A DNA stretch of 62,418 bases, filler included, from Squatina squatina (GCA_031763465.1; 4 parts of 4 records of this genome joined end to end with filler, not necessarily neighbours in it), one strand, 5' to 3'; counted from the whole stretch's first letter, positions 12,787 through 25,896 are shown. Numbers and translations: made by a program. Notes: generated from the letters alone by a model not told the origin.

Positions 12787-14059
12787 CTTGAAGGGCAGGG
12801 ACTGCCTAGTGACTTGGCCAGTCATTTGCACACATTCCCACCCTTGATTCCAGAAGCAGGCATTTCACCCAATTGGAGGGAAAAAAGGAATGTCGGGCAC
12901 TAGGTTTCTAATTTGTAGTCAGATAATCATTCTATTGAAGGTAATTTTGTCAGTAACTTCATGCTCAATTTGCACAAGTGAGAAAATAAAAGCCAGGCAG
13001 TTTGGATGGTTAGAAGGCAGGCTCGTCAAATCACAAGAACAATTGGAGCCTTTTTAAATCCAGCAAATGAGCTAATTGTTTGCCATGGACAAGAATCGCA
13101 AACTCACTGCCTGTGGAATGAATAATTCAAGTGGCAACAATGTTCTCAGAAATGACATTTAAATTAATCAATGGAGGAATGATGCACACTCATTTTGTGC
13201 CATAGTTTAATCTTCTTGGCAGTAGGTTGATAATTTCTGCTATCATGAGAGAGTCACAATTATACCTATGTTAAGGAAATTAAGTGTGTGTTTTTCATCA
13301 TTGTCAGTTTTCCCATTTTAATGTATTTTATATCCCCTCTCCTGCGCGATTGACCAATTTCCAGCTAGTTAGCCTCATCCTGCAAACGTCATAATTTCTT
13401 GCCACAAGTTCATTGAATTTACAATGAGAACTACTGAAAAGTTGAACCTCGAAAAATGTAGCCATGTCGTGATAATTTGAATTGTTAGCCCCAGTGGACA
13501 TAAGGACTATTGATCTTCTGGCAGCACTGGTACGCACTTTAAACAAAATTACTCTGCTGACCATTCTGTAAGTTGCTGTATATGTGGTAATGTCAAAATC
13601 AGCAGAGCTGCAGTAAAGCTCCTGAGGTAGACTACAAAATAGTGACCCTACAAAAAAAACATACTTGGATCAGCTCAAATCAGTAGAACTAATCTGCCAG
13701 TTCAATTTATAAGTCACCAAGTCTGTGTGTTCAAAATGAATTAAAGGCTTCTATTGGGATCCAGCTATTAATAGCTGAGCTAAACAAGCAGCTGCTGAGC
13801 AAACTGTTTGTAGAAAGCTCTCAGAGTCTTCAGGCACCATAATAACTTAGAGAATTTGACAATTCTGTCAAATGTATTGCCAGAATACAAGTTAAAATGT
13901 TACGGTTCTTCAACTTTGCAGTGATCAGCACCGCTGATATATGGGCTCTTCCCTGAAATTGTAGTAGAGTATTGCATCAATATCAACGATATTACACATA
14001 CGCTTGATTTGGCAGTGATAAAGTATATTACAGGTTCGCCCAATTCTTCATATACTTAC

Positions 14060-14187
14060 ATTATTAATCTTCAATTTGTTCTTCTCTCGTTTTTGTAGGT
14101 GGCCGGAGATGTGATAAAGAACAGCTCGACTTCGCCTACGAGCTGAACTGAAGTGTGTTCCTGCTTTCCCTCTTCCCTTGTATTTTT
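14060..14187 (-). CDS. KCNH8: KCNH8 N-linker exon (128 bp), missed by the ORF track
   Basis: aaatag|AA...AAT|gtaagt; (E)[42 protein letters not shown]. Confidence 0.95.
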
Positions 14188-16663
14188 CTATTTATGAAAT
14201 CAAATATTTCATTGGTTGACTGAGTTTATGTAAAACTTTCTTTAACTAGCTCCTAAAGTTCACCCTTGTGTGTGCATAGAAAAACAACTCACATNNNNNN
14301 NNNNTGCAGATTTTAAACATACAGCTTAATCTTCAGTTTCAATCACCTCGAAAAGTCAATAATATGGGGGAATATTTGTCAGGAAAACTAATGGGCCAAC
14401 AATTTGACACAGATCATCTAACCTCTTTCAAATTCTGCACAAGAAATGTTAACCAGCTAAACCTTAACAACTCCTGTCAGTAAGACAATATGGGGTTTAA
14501 AGGGCTCTTCATATTACAGCTAGTGCATGAACTAATTGTATATCAAGGGCTAGTCATTTTGTGATGTTAATGGAGCAAATTTTAATTTTTGCCTTTGTTC
14601 CTAAAATTGTGCCTNNNNNNNNNNNNNNNNNNNNNNNNNNNNNNNNNNNNNNNNNNNNNNNNNNNNNNNNNNNNNNNNNNNNNNNNNNNNNNNNNNNNNN
14701 NNNNNNNNNNNNNNACCAGATACATTACTTCTGTAGTGTGGAACAAAAGGTTCAATATCTTGTATCAACACATCAGCTATAAATATTTTACATACTAATT
14801 AAACAAAAGTTCTAATTGTAAAGTGATTTTAAAGTTTATGAACTTTGGGTTTCTTGCATAATACTGTTTTATTATCTTGTCTGATATTTCCTGAGTTTTT
14901 TCATGCCTCCCTTCAAAAGTTAGTAGCATATTGGTTGTGGTAAGTTGGATGGTGCACTATTTTATACTGACGGGAGTGTTAAACCACATAATGCACAAGA
15001 TATTAATTTGCTGCGTAGGTGTAGTAATGGTTAGCTTGGTCAATCTATTTAAGATTACAGAATCTAATTGCCGTAAATAGGTGCATCCTGAGGCAAGTTA
15101 GAGGTTAACTGTTATTTCTGAAGGAAGTTTGATAATTGAAGATCCTAATACATTTGCAGTTCCAGGTTGAAAGAAAGCAGCATGAAATGATTGCATTTCC
15201 TACTTTTAGACTTTGAAGTGTGACCTCTGACGAGTGCTGGACGAGTGCTTGATGCAAGACTTCTATATAAATAGATATGTTAATAGAATGCCTTTTCTAA
15301 CAAAACAATTTCTGTAAATCTTGTCTTTATGAACTGAATAACTGTCTGAGTATAGTTTCTGTTGATTATATTTATGATAACCTTATTAAATGTGCATTTT
15401 GTTATCATAATCTGAGTGCACCTTAGGAGCACAGGCTGCAATGCAATGAAATGCAAACTGATATTTTTCCAGCCTTTACTTCTTGGGAAGGTTTTGGTGT
15501 GATCTAGGTGTGTTAGGTGCAGAATCCATGGCTTTAGCACAAGTCGGTATAACTTCTGTTGGTTGATATTCCATTCAATTTATAACATGGATTGCATTTT
15601 ATGTACATTGGAGACAGTAAAATGCAATCTTGCAAAACTTATCAACTAAAATTAATTTCAATGCAAATTGCTTTCTAACATTGAAATTATCTTTTGAACA
15701 CCCACACAACTTTTGGGTTAACCTCACCAATGGTCAATGATCGATACATGCAATTTTTGACAAGACTAAGTCCAACATAGGCAACTATGATGAAGGAAAT
15801 ATGATGTGAGACAGGGTAGACTGTATAATTTCATTTTTTTAATTATTAAACTGCATGGTACATACAAATCAAGCCAGGGAACACCAGATTTCCAAAGGAT
15901 AATTTCAATTTAGTGAACAGCTTATTTGGGCTGGAAATTGCCCTTCGCCCTGATTAGGGGTGGTAACCTTCCGGGGCCAGNNNNNNNNNNNNNNNNNNNN
16001 NNNNNNNNNNNNNNNNNATAGGAGTTTGAAAAGTACAATGAAACACGTCTTCCGGGTCTACAAAAAACAATCCGAACTCCAGTCCTTCGGCTTCATTCAG
16101 CTCATTTGTGAGAATGTGAATCCCCTCCCGTCTGACCAAAGGCTGCAGCGCTGCCCGGCTCAGGGTGGAAAGCCAATTGCGTGACTGCTTGTACCACACA
16201 ACCTGGATTTGTACTTGTGTCTGAAAGACCAACTCTCGGTCCCCGGGGAGTGAATTGTCCACATCCCCTTACACAGAACAGAGCTTGAGGATTCATTTCA
16301 CAAACTTTAAACACTAGCAGCGGGCTTCCCCCACACATCATTGTCTGGCGCGGTTTTTATTGAATGAAACGCGTTCCATTCATCGAATGAAATCCGACTT
16401 TTACCGAAAATAAGAAGCAGATTTTGCATCGCCATCGAGACCAGTCGCGCATGAAAGGCACGGAGAGACCGGAAAAAAGCGACCGAGCTCTTGAAATACA
16501 TCTGCAAATGACACCATTCTGCTCTGCCAGATACCCCGAGACTCTGCACATCGCTAACTTATACAAGCCCTAAACACTGACTCTTTCTTTCAGTTTTCCA
16601 ACTCCATCGCTTCACCATTTCAACTCTTCACATCGACAAAGGAGAAATTAAAAAAAAACTTAC

Positions 16664-16739
16664 GTGTCCCATCAAAGCGCGTTGCTATGGTATCCAAGAA
16701 GGTGTTTTGTGGCGCTAATAATCCTTTCATGACAGGCAT
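16664..16739 (-). CDS. KCNH8: KCNH8 first coding exon (76 bp, PAS-cap)
   Basis: ATG at 16739; [25 protein letters not shown](H) then gtaagt donor. Confidence 0.97.
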
Positions 16740-17141
16740 TTTTCCTGAGCGGTGTGAAATTCCCCATCAAAGTTGCGCGGCTGTGTCGAGTGCACTGAGC
16801 GAGTGAGAGACAGACGGTGGGAGGGGGAGCCTGGCTCCGGCTCATTGAAAGCGCCCTCCACTCACAGCGAGAGACAAACAGAGCGAGGAGAGCTGGGGCT
16901 GAAGAGGAGGAGGGGAGAGAGCAGCGCCTTGCAGTCACTCACTCACACAGAACTGGAGCCAGGAAGGAGAGAACAAGCAGCGCCTTCCAGTCACAGAGAG
17001 AGAGAGAGGGCTGGAAACGGGCAAGAGCGGAGTGACACCAGCACTAATTAGAGAGAGAAGTAGAGGGAGGGAGGGAAGGAGAGAGGGAAAGGGCGGAAGG
17101 TGTGAGGGGGAATGTTGCACACAGCTGAGCAGAAAGTGTGG
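16740..17141 (-). promoter_or_regulatory. KCNH8 5' UTR / proximal promoter, GC-rich with CT/GA tracts
   Basis: Directly upstream of the KCNH8 ATG; CpG-richer than flanks, with long purine tracts on the plus strand. Confidence 0.6.
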
Positions 17142-17241
17142 NNNNNNNNNNNNNNNNNNNNNNNNNNNNNNNNNNNNNNNNNNNNNNNNNNNNNNNNNNN
17201 NNNNNNNNNNNNNNNNNNNNNNNNNNNNNNNNNNNNNNNNN

Positions 17242-17790
17242 TATTTTTTAGTCATCCTTTGCTGGTTTTTAAAATTTTCCCAATCTTCAGGCCAACCACT
17301 GATCTTTGCAACATTGGATGCCTCTTCTTTCAATTTGATACCGTCCTTAACTTCCTTAGTTAGTTCATTCTTCTCAGAGTAATGGCCAGATAACGTTTAT
17401 CCTGTTTTTGGGATAGGATATGCCTCGGTAATCTTCCACATTGTCAGGTAGATGCCACTGCCATAGGTGCACTGGAACAGCTAGGTTGGGGACTCGATTG
17501 CTCTGATGTACAAGTCTTTTGTAATTTAACCAGGATATCCTCATGACCTATAGCCTTCGCTGCATTTAGTGCGTTCAGGCACTTCATGTCATATCGCGTG
17601 GTGTGAATCAATCTGGCTTGATGCTGGTATCTATGATGGTGGGGACCTCAGGATCGGGCAGAGTCGGATTATCTCTTGCAACGTTTGATTGAGGCACTTG
17701 CAAACACTTCAGCTTCGTCTCTTGCACTCATTTGCTGGGTTCCACCATGGTTGAGGAAGGGGATGTTCATGAAGCCTCCGCCCCGTTAGT
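17242..17790 (-). mobile_element. Two adjacent CR1-like LINE ORF2 fragments
   Basis: KEEASNVAKISGWPEDWENFKNQQRMTKK (CR1 ORF2 linker), followed by a decayed RT-upstream segment of a second family. Confidence 0.7.
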
Positions 17791-17799
17791 TGCCTGGTT

Positions 17800-18112
17800 G
17801 CGGCAGCGAGACTCAACACCAGTCCAGGCGGCGGAACTGCAAGGGAGCGGGAGAGGCCGAGCGGGAGTACTAAGCAGCGGTGGCAGCTAGCCCCTTTCAC
17901 AGACCGACAGCGGCGTTCCAGAGGCATGTCACGATTCAAAAAGTGACGCGGGCACGAGGAAGCAGCTGTGTGGGTGAGTATGGTCAGGAGAGTATTGAAA
18001 CTACTCTATTGCTTAAAAGTTAAGGTTTATACTTCATAAGGTTTAGGAGGTCTTTATTTTGTGGTTTATAGTTTGTAAGGTCTATATTGTGTAGTGGGGA
18101 GTGCTAGTAAAC
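17800..18112 (+). mobile_element. Probable CR1 LINE 5' UTR
   Basis: GC-rich gggagcgggagaggccgagcgggag... start followed by an AT-rich tract, flanked by CR1 fragments; no ORF. Confidence 0.4.
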
Positions 18113-18212
18113 NNNNNNNNNNNNNNNNNNNNNNNNNNNNNNNNNNNNNNNNNNNNNNNNNNNNNNNNNNNNNNNNNNNNNNNNNNNNNNNNNNNNNNNN
18201 NNNNNNNNNNNN

Positions 18213-18878
18213 TTACATACCTATAGAAGCTTTTACAGTCCATATTTATGTTTCTTGCTAGTTTACTCAAATTTCCCTTTCACTATCAATTTCTTGGTCC
18301 TCCTTTGCTGAATTCTAAAATGCTCCCAATCCTCAGGCTTCCTGCTTTTTTGGCAACTTTATAAGCCTCTTCCTTTGATCTAATACTATCTTTAACTTCT
18401 CTGTTAGCCACTGTTGGACCACTTTTCCTGTTGGGTTTTTGTGTCTTAAAGGAAGTATATTTGTTGTAATTTATGTATTAATTCTTTAAATGCTAGCCAT
18501 TGTTTGTCTACCACCATTTATTTGTGCCATCAATTCATCTACCTTGTTGCGAATACTGCAGATAAAGTTTCTCTCCCTTCTGAATCCTCTCTCAGGTTCC
18601 CATCCCCCTGCCAAGTTAGTTTAAACCCTGCCCAACAGCACTAGCAAATCCCCCTGCAAGGATATTGGTCCCTGACCTGCTGAGGTGTAACCCGTCTGCC
18701 TTGTACAGGTCCCACCTGCCCCGGAAATGGTCCCAATGCCTCAGAAATCTAAAGCTGCACTCCTCAGAGGAACCATCGCCCTCACCAGTATCCAGAATGG
18801 GAAACCGATTCGTGAGCGAGATGGACTCAGGGTACTCCTGCCTGGTCCTCCTGGTCTGCCTGTCGATCACCCATTCCC
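18213..18878 (-). mobile_element. CR1 LINE ORF1 (esterase, internally deleted) and ORF2 fragments
   Basis: ISLTNRFPILDTGEGD fused directly to FRFLRHWDHFRGRWDLYKADGLHLSRSGTNILAG; SKLARNINMDCKSFYRYV. Confidence 0.85.
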
Positions 18879-20384
18879 NNNNNNNNNNNNNNNNNNNNNN
18901 NNNNNNNNNNNNNNNNNNNNNNNNNNNNNNNNNNNNNNNNNNNNNNNNNNNNNNNNNNNNNNNNNNNNNNNNNNNNNNACTAAAAAAAATTCCTCGCATA
19001 TTTCATTATGTTTATTGTTTACTGATGAATTTAAATCGAGGATTCTCTTTGCTGGTAAAAGAAAATAGATGGAAGCAGTGTTGTCAGTCCATATATGTGT
19101 GGAGAGAAGGCACAAGCCAAAGGCAGGCAAAAGCCAAGAGTTAGAAGGGAGGGGATGGCTAAATCACATTTTCTAGCTTGATTTTCTTTTGAAAGAGTCG
19201 TCTTTATTAAATCAAAAATCCAGACACACAAAAGTCTAGTTGCACAAATCAAATGGAGTACAGGCTTGCTAATAAGGTGTTTACTAAGATGAATATCGAA
19301 GCCTCAGAGTGGTAAGTGTTGACAGTAAGAGCTTCGCACAAGGGATGAACATCTGTGTTGTACGCTGCAGGCACTAATACCTATTCCAACATACCCACAG
19401 TGCAGACAACAATGGCATTCACAATTAGTCAATAAATCCTTACGTTAACCATTTTAAAGCCACTCATTGGCCAGAACTCAGGGTTAATGGCTGCTCTGAT
19501 CTCATCACATATTTTCCCGGGCTTTATTCAATTAGGCATTCCACGAGAGAGGTTACAAATGAACATTCTATTGATATTATCTTAAGAAATCCCAGCAAAA
19601 ATTAACATTGAGGTGCCTCTTGTAAGGTGNNNNNNNNNNNNNNNNNNNNNNNNNNNNNNNNNNNNNNNNNNNNNNNNNNNNNNNNNNNNNNNNNNNNNNN
19701 NNNNNNNNNNNNNNNNNNNNNNNNNNNNNATCTTAATGGATCCATTGTGGTTAGAACTGCAAGCTTTTCAATATCCATATCAGGTCGCAAACTGAAGCCC
19801 TCACCCCAGAGTCGCTGAGATAGGTTTCGATGAAGATGGCTGGAGGAGGCTCATGTGGAGCGTAAGTGCTGGCATAGACCAATTGGGCCTAAAGACCTGC
19901 TTCTGTGCTGTGAATTCTATGTAATATGGGTGTTGCTGTAGTAGGGCTCCAGTGAAATGTAGAAATGGCATATGCCTCCCAGGCACAATTTGATCAAGGA
20001 TGGTAGGTTACAGGAAGGGATTTAAGGTAGGAGTGCAGTGAGGAGAGCTTGGCAGCTTTCCTATTGCATCTTTGCTCATGGGTTGTTCGAGGGACAATGG
20101 CCTATGTGACAATTCCATTTTTTGCCATCAGTAGCAGGAGCAACAGCTCTCACCTTTTATTATTTGAATCACAAGTTTCTTAATTTTATTGAAGCCATTG
20201 AAATAGGTTGTCGAAAAAAGGCAACTAAACCTGATTTATAACTAAAGGCAAGTTCAAATGTCCCCAGCAATGATATTCAATTTATAACATGACTGGCTGA
20301 CTAACCTCATTGGCACTGAAATCTGCATTGCACTCTGTCAAAGTGTTTGAAAACTAGGTCATTGCCATTTTGTTTTCTCTTGGC

Positions 20385-20580
20385 AGGTGGTTAGAATGTG
20401 AAGCAAAGAGTAGTTGAGGCAAATAGCATAGAAGCGTTTAAGGGGAAACTAGATAAACATATGAAGGAGAAAGGAACAGAAGGATATACTGATTGGGTTA
20501 GATGAAGTTGGGTGGGAGGAGGCTCATGTGGACCAACTTGGGCCGAATGGTCTGTTTCTGTGTTGTACATTCTTTGTAAA
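20385..20580 (+). mobile_element. CR1 LINE 3' end
   Basis: gtagttgaggcaaatagcatagaagcgtttaaggggaaactagataa...ggccgaatggtctgtttctgtgttgtacattct; a related short tail lies at ~19830-19925. Confidence 0.8.
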
Positions 20581-21076
20581 TCTATGCAAAACGCAGAGCT
20601 GCATCCCATCATGCTGTAACATTCCTGGTGTTGGCCCTTATACGAGCCAATGCTTGGGATGGTGGATCTCAACAAAAAGCCAGTGATTGACAATAATTAT
20701 CCGATGATGCCTGTGTCTTTAAAAGATGGAATAAAAAAGCTGATTTTACAAAATTGCGCTTCTGGCAGAGCCTCACCCAGCGGGTGTTCAAAAATAACAG
20801 GTGTGTTCCTCTCAGATTTCTGTCCATTCATTTTGATTGATGGAATATGATGGGTGGCCTGCCTGTGGCTTCTCAGTATGTGCTCCCGGTGAGTGGCGCT
20901 CACCACTGGAAGCACAGTTTCATAAAATCAACCCTCAAGTCTTCTACAAGGTAAGATATTTTTGTAGCCAGTTAATATAATGCTACCTTCCAGTGAGAAT
21001 TGTGATCTCCCAGGTGTTGGTCAATTTCTAATGATTTTGCATGATCTGTGGAATTACACTGTGTCTTCTCTTCCAG

Positions 21077-21128
21077 TTGTAACGGAAATAGTGAACAAGA
21101 GAGACATTGTGTTCCTGATTGATGGATC
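21077..21128 (+). CDS. Collagen VI alpha (COL6A3-like) vWA-domain exon, 5' start only
   Basis: tcttctcttccag| acceptor, phase 1; VVTEIVNKRDIVFLIDGS is the vWA first strand plus the start of the MIDAS DxS motif; truncated by gap. Confidence 0.75.
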
Positions 21129-22177
21129 NNNNNNNNNNNNNNNNNNNNNNNNNNNNNNNNNNNNNNNNNNNNNNNNNNNNNNNNNNNNNNNNNNNNNNNN
21201 NNNNNNNNNNNNNNNNNNNNNNNNNNNNAGTGTTTGATCGGGTAGACTATGGAGTTCTTAATTTCATTCTAGTTATACACTTCTCTAGACTGCTAGCAAG
21301 AAAAGGGAAAGCAGTTTCTTGTAACCTGTGTGGGCCTGTGTAGCAGGATGGTTATCTGCAACAAATCAGTGCAGCTAATGTAGCTTTCCATCTTTAACGC
21401 TCAGTAACTGATGCATGGCTTTGCATCTTGGTAAATGTATTTATGGAAGGCAAGCATTTCAGACTGCGTGCTTGGTATGGTATTTATGCGTCTCGGTAAT
21501 CGGTGTGGGTTTATGTGGGCTGTCGAAGCACAAGCAACAGTTTGAACCTTTGCCTGCAAGGGCATGTAAATCGTGGCCCCGGAACATAGTGCCATCTAGA
21601 TATCATCGTGTGGTCCAGTGTTTTACACGTGTGTTCTTTGAAGACAAGCAACATTACCAGTATTGTGTATTCTGTAGTATATGTTATAAAAATGACTATT
21701 GCTTCTCCTGTTCTGCATTGAAATAAAGCAACATTATGTAGGTCATAAGAAATGATCAGACAAGGAGATTATGACAGGTAGCAGCAATGTAGATCATGTA
21801 CTGTAAAAAAAAATACATAAGAAAACCGTAACAGCTAAGACATTTAAAAACATTCTTTAAGGATTTAAAAAATGAATATGATGAACATAAAGGCCTTGTT
21901 TTTGAAAACTCTTTCAACATTACAAATGCATTTCATACTCTGATTCCTGGTCGAATTCTTAAATATAACAGATTTACACTTTATTTCTGTTAAGAAATTC
22001 CTTTGCTTTTTAAGCTGTATGACAAAAATATGCATTAAACTACTTTTATAGCACCAGGACTTAAAGACCTGAGGCAGATCCTCCTGTAGACTTTTTCAAT
22101 CAATTTCCAAAGCATACCAGGTCTTCAGTGCCCTAAAGTTGTCACAAATGTATATAAGAATCAAGCTTCACTGATCT

Positions 22178-22277
22178 NNNNNNNNNNNNNNNNNNNNNNN
22201 NNNNNNNNNNNNNNNNNNNNNTTAATTAATTAANNNNNNNNNNNNNNNNNNNNNNNNNNNNNNNNNNNNNNNNNNNN
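22178..22277. other. Artificial scaffold linker N44-TTAATTAATTAA-N44
   Basis: Six-frame stop linker centred in a 100-nt gap. Confidence 0.97.
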
Positions 22278-22619
22278 GCCAGAAATTTATTTTTCTATGT
22301 CTCAAATTGCAGGGCTTTAAGGGACAGCGCCAAAATCGGAACTTTACACTCAACAATTCGCCCATTAGCGCCAGTGACTCAGGGGGGTCTAATTGGGCGC
22401 CCAACATGTTCCAAAAAAATTGCAAGTAGGAAAGAGATAATCGTGGATAGTAAATGGAGTTATAATAGTACCAGTTTTTGGTTAATGTTGAAACAGCGAG
22501 CATAGCATAATAAAGCTACTCTATGATATGTCCAGTTTTGCTCAACAAGACTTACGGAAACATTCCTGGAGAATGTTCAAAGAAGAGCCAAGGGGCAGAT
22601 TCCAAGAGTAGAGAAATTG

Positions 22620-23075
22620 GGGTTTGGCTTAGTGGTAGCACTTTCACCTCTGAGTCAGAAGGACATGGGTTTAAGTCTCACTCCAGACACTTGAGTACAT
22701 ATCTAAGTTGACACTTCACTTCAGCACTGAGAGAATGTTGCACTGTTGGAGGTGCTGACTTTCAAATAAGATGTTAAACTCTGTTTTCCCTCTTAGGTGG
22801 ATGCAAAAGATCCCATGGCACTATATGAAGAAGAGATGGGCAATTTTCCTGTTGTCTTGGCCAGTATTTATCCCCCGACCAACACCAGTAAAATAGATTA
22901 CCTGGTCATTATCTCATTGCTGTGTGTGAGACCTTGCTGTGCGCAAGTTGCCTGCCATGTTTCTCTATATTATAACAGTGACTATACTTCAAAAGTACTG
23001 CATTGCTTGTAAAGCGCTTTGGCATGTCCTGATTTCATGAAAGGTGCTATATAAATGCAACTTTCTTTCTTTCTT
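22620..23075 (+). mobile_element. DeuSINE (SacSINE1-like), near full length
   Basis: Colinear with 9727-10153: A/B boxes, Deu core, tail gtaaagcgctttgg...aaggtgctatataaatgcaa then (cttt)n. Confidence 0.85.
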
Positions 23076-23089
23076 TCTTTCCATCCTTG

Positions 23090-23335
23090 AAAGAAGGGAG
23101 CAGTGTGAGGATCTTATGAAAGAATATAAAATATTAAACAGTATAGGACTGTACTGGAGCAGTATATCAAGATAAGAGAAGGCACTCGGAAATAGGTTCA
23201 AACTGACAAAAGGGGAATTTAGGAATGATCTCAGGAAACATTTCCTCACACAAAGAGTAATAGATTTCATGGTAGAATAATTGAGGTGGAAACCTTCAAA
23301 TCATTTAAATGCAAATCGGATACTGTGTTGGGGAA
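23090..23335 (+). mobile_element. Old CR1 ORF2 3' fragment
   Basis: FKLTKGEFRNDLRKHFLTQRVIDF. Confidence 0.7.
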
Positions 23336-25109
23336 CTTTGCAGATATAAACCTTCCTCATCTGGGTTTATCTTGTAATTTGATCTTGTGTTAGTATATTT
23401 CGGTAACTGTCTACTACAAAATACTTGAGACATCTTTTTAACATATCATTATTGTGTGTCACTGCTTTGTATGCCCATTATTTACTGCTGTTAAAATTTT
23501 CTTGATAGATTAAACAATTACTTGTTATTTGCAGGCATGCTGTTGACCTGCTCTTACTCTTTTCATCATAGCAGTAAATCTAATCTTCTATTTCAATATT
23601 GTTCTAAGTACAAGTTTCAGACATGGAAAAAGATTTCCTCTAATTGGTATAAGTCAATGAAAAATAATGTCTACAATTTTCCTACAAATAGCAATTGGAA
23701 GAAATCATTCCAGATGTTTACGCTGTCCCTAACACATAATGAGTGATCAGTGCAATTTTTCTCCCTTGTGACTCTCAAATGTTTGGGGAAGACCTATAGC
23801 AATAATCATTGTATTTGTTAGAAATTGTTCTCTTAAATATATATTTTATCCAGAAATATATGTTCGCTACAGACATACGCATTTTGTCCTGGAACAAAAT
23901 GCTTTAAAATGCTAAAATGACTGAACTTATTGATTTGTAAATGGACCATTCGTCATTGAATTGCTCCTAGAGTGGAACATCTGTGTTCATTAGAGATGAG
24001 CCTGATTAGGTGAATCCAAATTATAGATAAGAACCAAAGCTCTGTTTTTTAGATTTTCTTGTTATCAAGCCCCTGTTATATAGCTTTGGAATTTTTAAAA
24101 ACATGAAGCTGGATTTACCCAATCCAACCAACGATGGAAATTTTAATTAGATTTAATCTCGGCTTCTATACTCAGCTCATTATATTTGTAACAGGTGTGA
24201 ATCTTTATTTCTATTTGATCTATTTGATTATGTTAAAGCATTTATATTTCAGAGGACATTTAAACTTTACACTACTTGTATTTAATCAGAAGAAATATTC
24301 TGTTGTAGGTATAAACTCCAAAAAATAGAGGTATGCTAATGAAGGAAGCTAATAAAACTTCTGAATAACATTGCATAGATACCAATTATTATCCCAATCA
24401 CCAGATCCTTGACTTACAAAGTTTTACGTCAGTTACTTCTCTTTTGAATGCTTTTTCTGTTCTCTATATTCTACCTTTTCACACTGGCATCTGCTTATAT
24501 GGTGACAATGATCATAATCACATTGTAATAATATGTGTTTTATTTTAGTAACGTATTAGGAATAAATTAAAATAACCATTAGCAGATTTAACTGGTAAAC
24601 AGTCTATTTACATGAATGTAGAGTGACAAGATTATGGCAGTGACTAATGCAAAATAATTAGTTTATCCACAACAAGCTAACAAAATATCTATAAAAGAAT
24701 GAGATATTCATATGTAAGGAAATATGTAGATAACTGGGACCATCAGGCACAGAGGCATTAAAAAATCTATTATCTATTAAACGTCTGTGGCCTTTACATT
24801 TCTCTCAGCAGTTGGTAATGGGTTACCACTGGCAGTAAATCACCTACCTAATGCCTGTTTCTAACTGCCAGGAGCACAGTCACCACCCACAGTAAACAGT
24901 GTCTGAAGAGCTGATAAGTATGGGCTGAGTTACAACAGGGAATATTTCATCTTGTGTAAGAGGTGACATATCATTTATTTTAAAAGAGGTGGTAATGGGG
25001 TTGGGGGGAGAGGGACAGGGGCGAGAGGAGACTCGAGTGGAGAATAAACACTGGCACAGGTCCGAGGGACCAACGGGCCTGTTTCTATGTTGTAGATTCT
25101 ATGGAAAAG

Positions 25110-25187
25110 ATACAGAGGATAGCTCCAGCGACACTGTCCCCATCAAACACTCCCAGGGCAGGGACAGCACGGGGTTAGATACAGAGT
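25110..25187 (+). repeat. Short interspersed repeat (cactgtccccatcaaacactcccagggcagg...gttagatacagagt)
   Basis: Diverged second copy at ~49585-49665; probably SINE-derived. Confidence 0.5.
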
Positions 25188-25896
25188 NNNNNNNNNNNNN
25201 NNNNNNNNNNNNNNNNNNNNNNNNNNNNNNNNNNNNNNNNNNNNNNNNNNNNNNNNNNNNNNNNNNNNNNNNNNNNNNNNNNNNNNNTTCAAACAGCATG
25301 CACAATACCATAAATTATCTGATCCATTTCTCAGTGACAGGAAGCAGGCTGCTTGTACCTTGGCAGAGATTGCATGTTCTGTTGTCAAAAGCAAAGCCTC
25401 AGAGTTGATTGGAAAGAAGTCATTAAATAATAAAGGTCACACTGTGACAGTTGTTTAACACTGGAAGGAGACAAGATGACCGATTTATAGAGTATATACT
25501 GTTAGCTTCTTAACTCTGTTTTCCAATGTTTTTTTGACACGTTAAAAATCGTACATTTGAAATTAGAAAATTATATATCTATTTGTAAGGCTATCAAAGT
25601 AATGATTCCAGAAGTCTCCTCATAGAATAATAATTAATGCTTGAAAAGATTTAAGTTGGCATCTGTAAATCTAAGGTAAATGTCATTTCTTTCAAAACTA
25701 ATAGTATTGTATAATTACTTAATCAACTTTAAACAGCCATCTATGTGAACATTTCTCTGTGCACTAGATAAATATGACTGTCGGTAATATTGCACTGGAA
25801 CAGATTTGAAGAAAATACCATGCATTGTACATCAGAACTGTGGCAAAATGGAATCAATGCATTCAGTGTTGAAGTCTGTCACAAAAACAAAACAGG

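Noticed and set aside
14099-14151. Apparent plus-strand exon (polypyrimidine-AG, [17 protein letters not shown]) nested in KCNH8
   Set aside because: It is the antisense of the real KCNH8 exon 14060-14187.
15954-16566. Several short ORFs in a CpG-richer segment
   Set aside because: KCNH8 intron 1 next to the promoter; no recognisable protein.
22222-22233. TTAATTAATTAA motif recurring three times
   Set aside because: Synthetic six-frame stop linker centred in N runs.
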